Source of the DNA: an uncultured Gemmatimonadales bacterium
Lineage (GTDB): Bacteria > Gemmatimonadota > Gemmatimonadetes > Gemmatimonadales > GWC2-71-9
Length of the DNA: 64,000 nt
Direction of reading: 5' to 3'
NCBI GenBank assembly: GCA_963821525.1
Contig: CAWGED010000019.1
Location: forward strand, 544,001 to 608,000
The position numbers and the translations under genes were made by a program. Within the stretch, counting starts at the first letter, position 1, and each line of letters starts with the position of its first letter. Positions 63,565 through 64,000 of this stretch are shown here, one piece after another. The notes under the pieces were generated by a model. The model was not told the DNA's origin, did not search any database, and saw only the letters and a list, made by a program, of their open reading frames with translations.

Positions 63565-63677
63565 TTGACCCTCGACCAGCGATCTCCTCCGCACTCGCCG
63601 ACCGCTACCGCATAGAGCGGGACCTGAAGCACCACCACAAGGTGGCGATCAGAGCTCCAGCCGAACTCGCGTCGTAA
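63565..63677 (+). pseudogene. Orphan kinase 5' stub with internal deletion
   Basis: ALADRYRIER is joined directly to DLKHHHKVAI (the [14 protein letters not shown] segment is missing). Flanked by GACNNNN heptamers. Confidence 0.85.
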
Positions 63678-63958
63678 GTCTTGAGTCGTAGGACCCACGA
63701 CCACTGACCATCGACTATCGACGGCCGCCCAGCGACTTTTCCGACGGCCGAGACCAATGATGGCGGGCAGAGGTCATCCGGGTAGCTTTAGAACGCACTC
63801 CTGATCCAAATAACGCGAGACAGACCAGCACCCCCGCTTGGGGGAATAACATGCTGAGCCGGCGGTGAGGTAACCGTTATAACGCTCCTCGACACCAAGG
63901 CACGCTCGGAGCGACCGTCTTTCCCGTCTCCCCGTCTCCCATCTCCCAGGGTTAGGCC

Positions 63959-64000
63959 TTGACCATCGACCAGCGACTTTCGACCGCTCTCGCCGACCGC
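63959..64000 (+). CDS. Start of next kinase or stub (MTIDQRLSTALADR), truncated by window end
   Basis: TTGACCATCGACCAGCGACTTTCGACCGCTCTCGCCGACCGC. Confidence 0.75.
   Translation, partial: MTIDQRLSTALADR

Noticed and set aside
2310..64000. Diversity-generating retroelement acting on the sensor domains
   Set aside because: No reverse transcriptase or Avd-like gene in the window, and no TR/VR pair differing at adenines was noticed.
2310..64000. Classical integron
   Set aside because: No IntI/tyrosine recombinase in the window and no consistent RYYYAAC...GTTRRRY attC boxes at the junctions. The cassette analogy is functional only.

Overview
GC-rich bacterial DNA. The gene and repeat style suggests Gemmatimonadota, but that is inference. 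The window is dominated by a co-oriented (+ strand) tandem array of 17 full-length Hanks-type Ser/Thr kinase paralogues, with an 18th starting at the window edge. Each has a conserved N-terminal kinase, usually a TM helix, and a variable C-terminal module: a PD40/TolB-like beta-propeller or TolB_N-like + TPR. The kinase 5' end (TTGACCATCGAC...GCC/TCT GACCGCTACCGCATCGAGCGGGAGCTGGG) also recurs as orphan stubs in front of non-kinase DNA. In one place near-identical 80-bp copies of it bracket different gene bodies, which suggests a cassette-like, recombination-built receptor-kinase array. An IS200/IS605-type Y1 HUH transposase and non-autonomous copies of its hairpin ends sit specifically at these stub junctions, and one left/right end pair brackets a whole kinase gene. 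Gene junctions carry heptamer/octamer tandem repeats and REP-like palindromes, some of which have entered the kinase coding sequence in frame. Other genes: two multicopper oxidases, a penicillin acylase, a BTAD/SARP activator, an S9 peptidase, an acyltransferase-3, a phosphodiester glycosidase, DUF2277, a CAP-like protein and small lipoproteins. Many genes are frameshifted, probably largely through long-read indel errors, so pseudogene status cannot be judged from this sequence alone.
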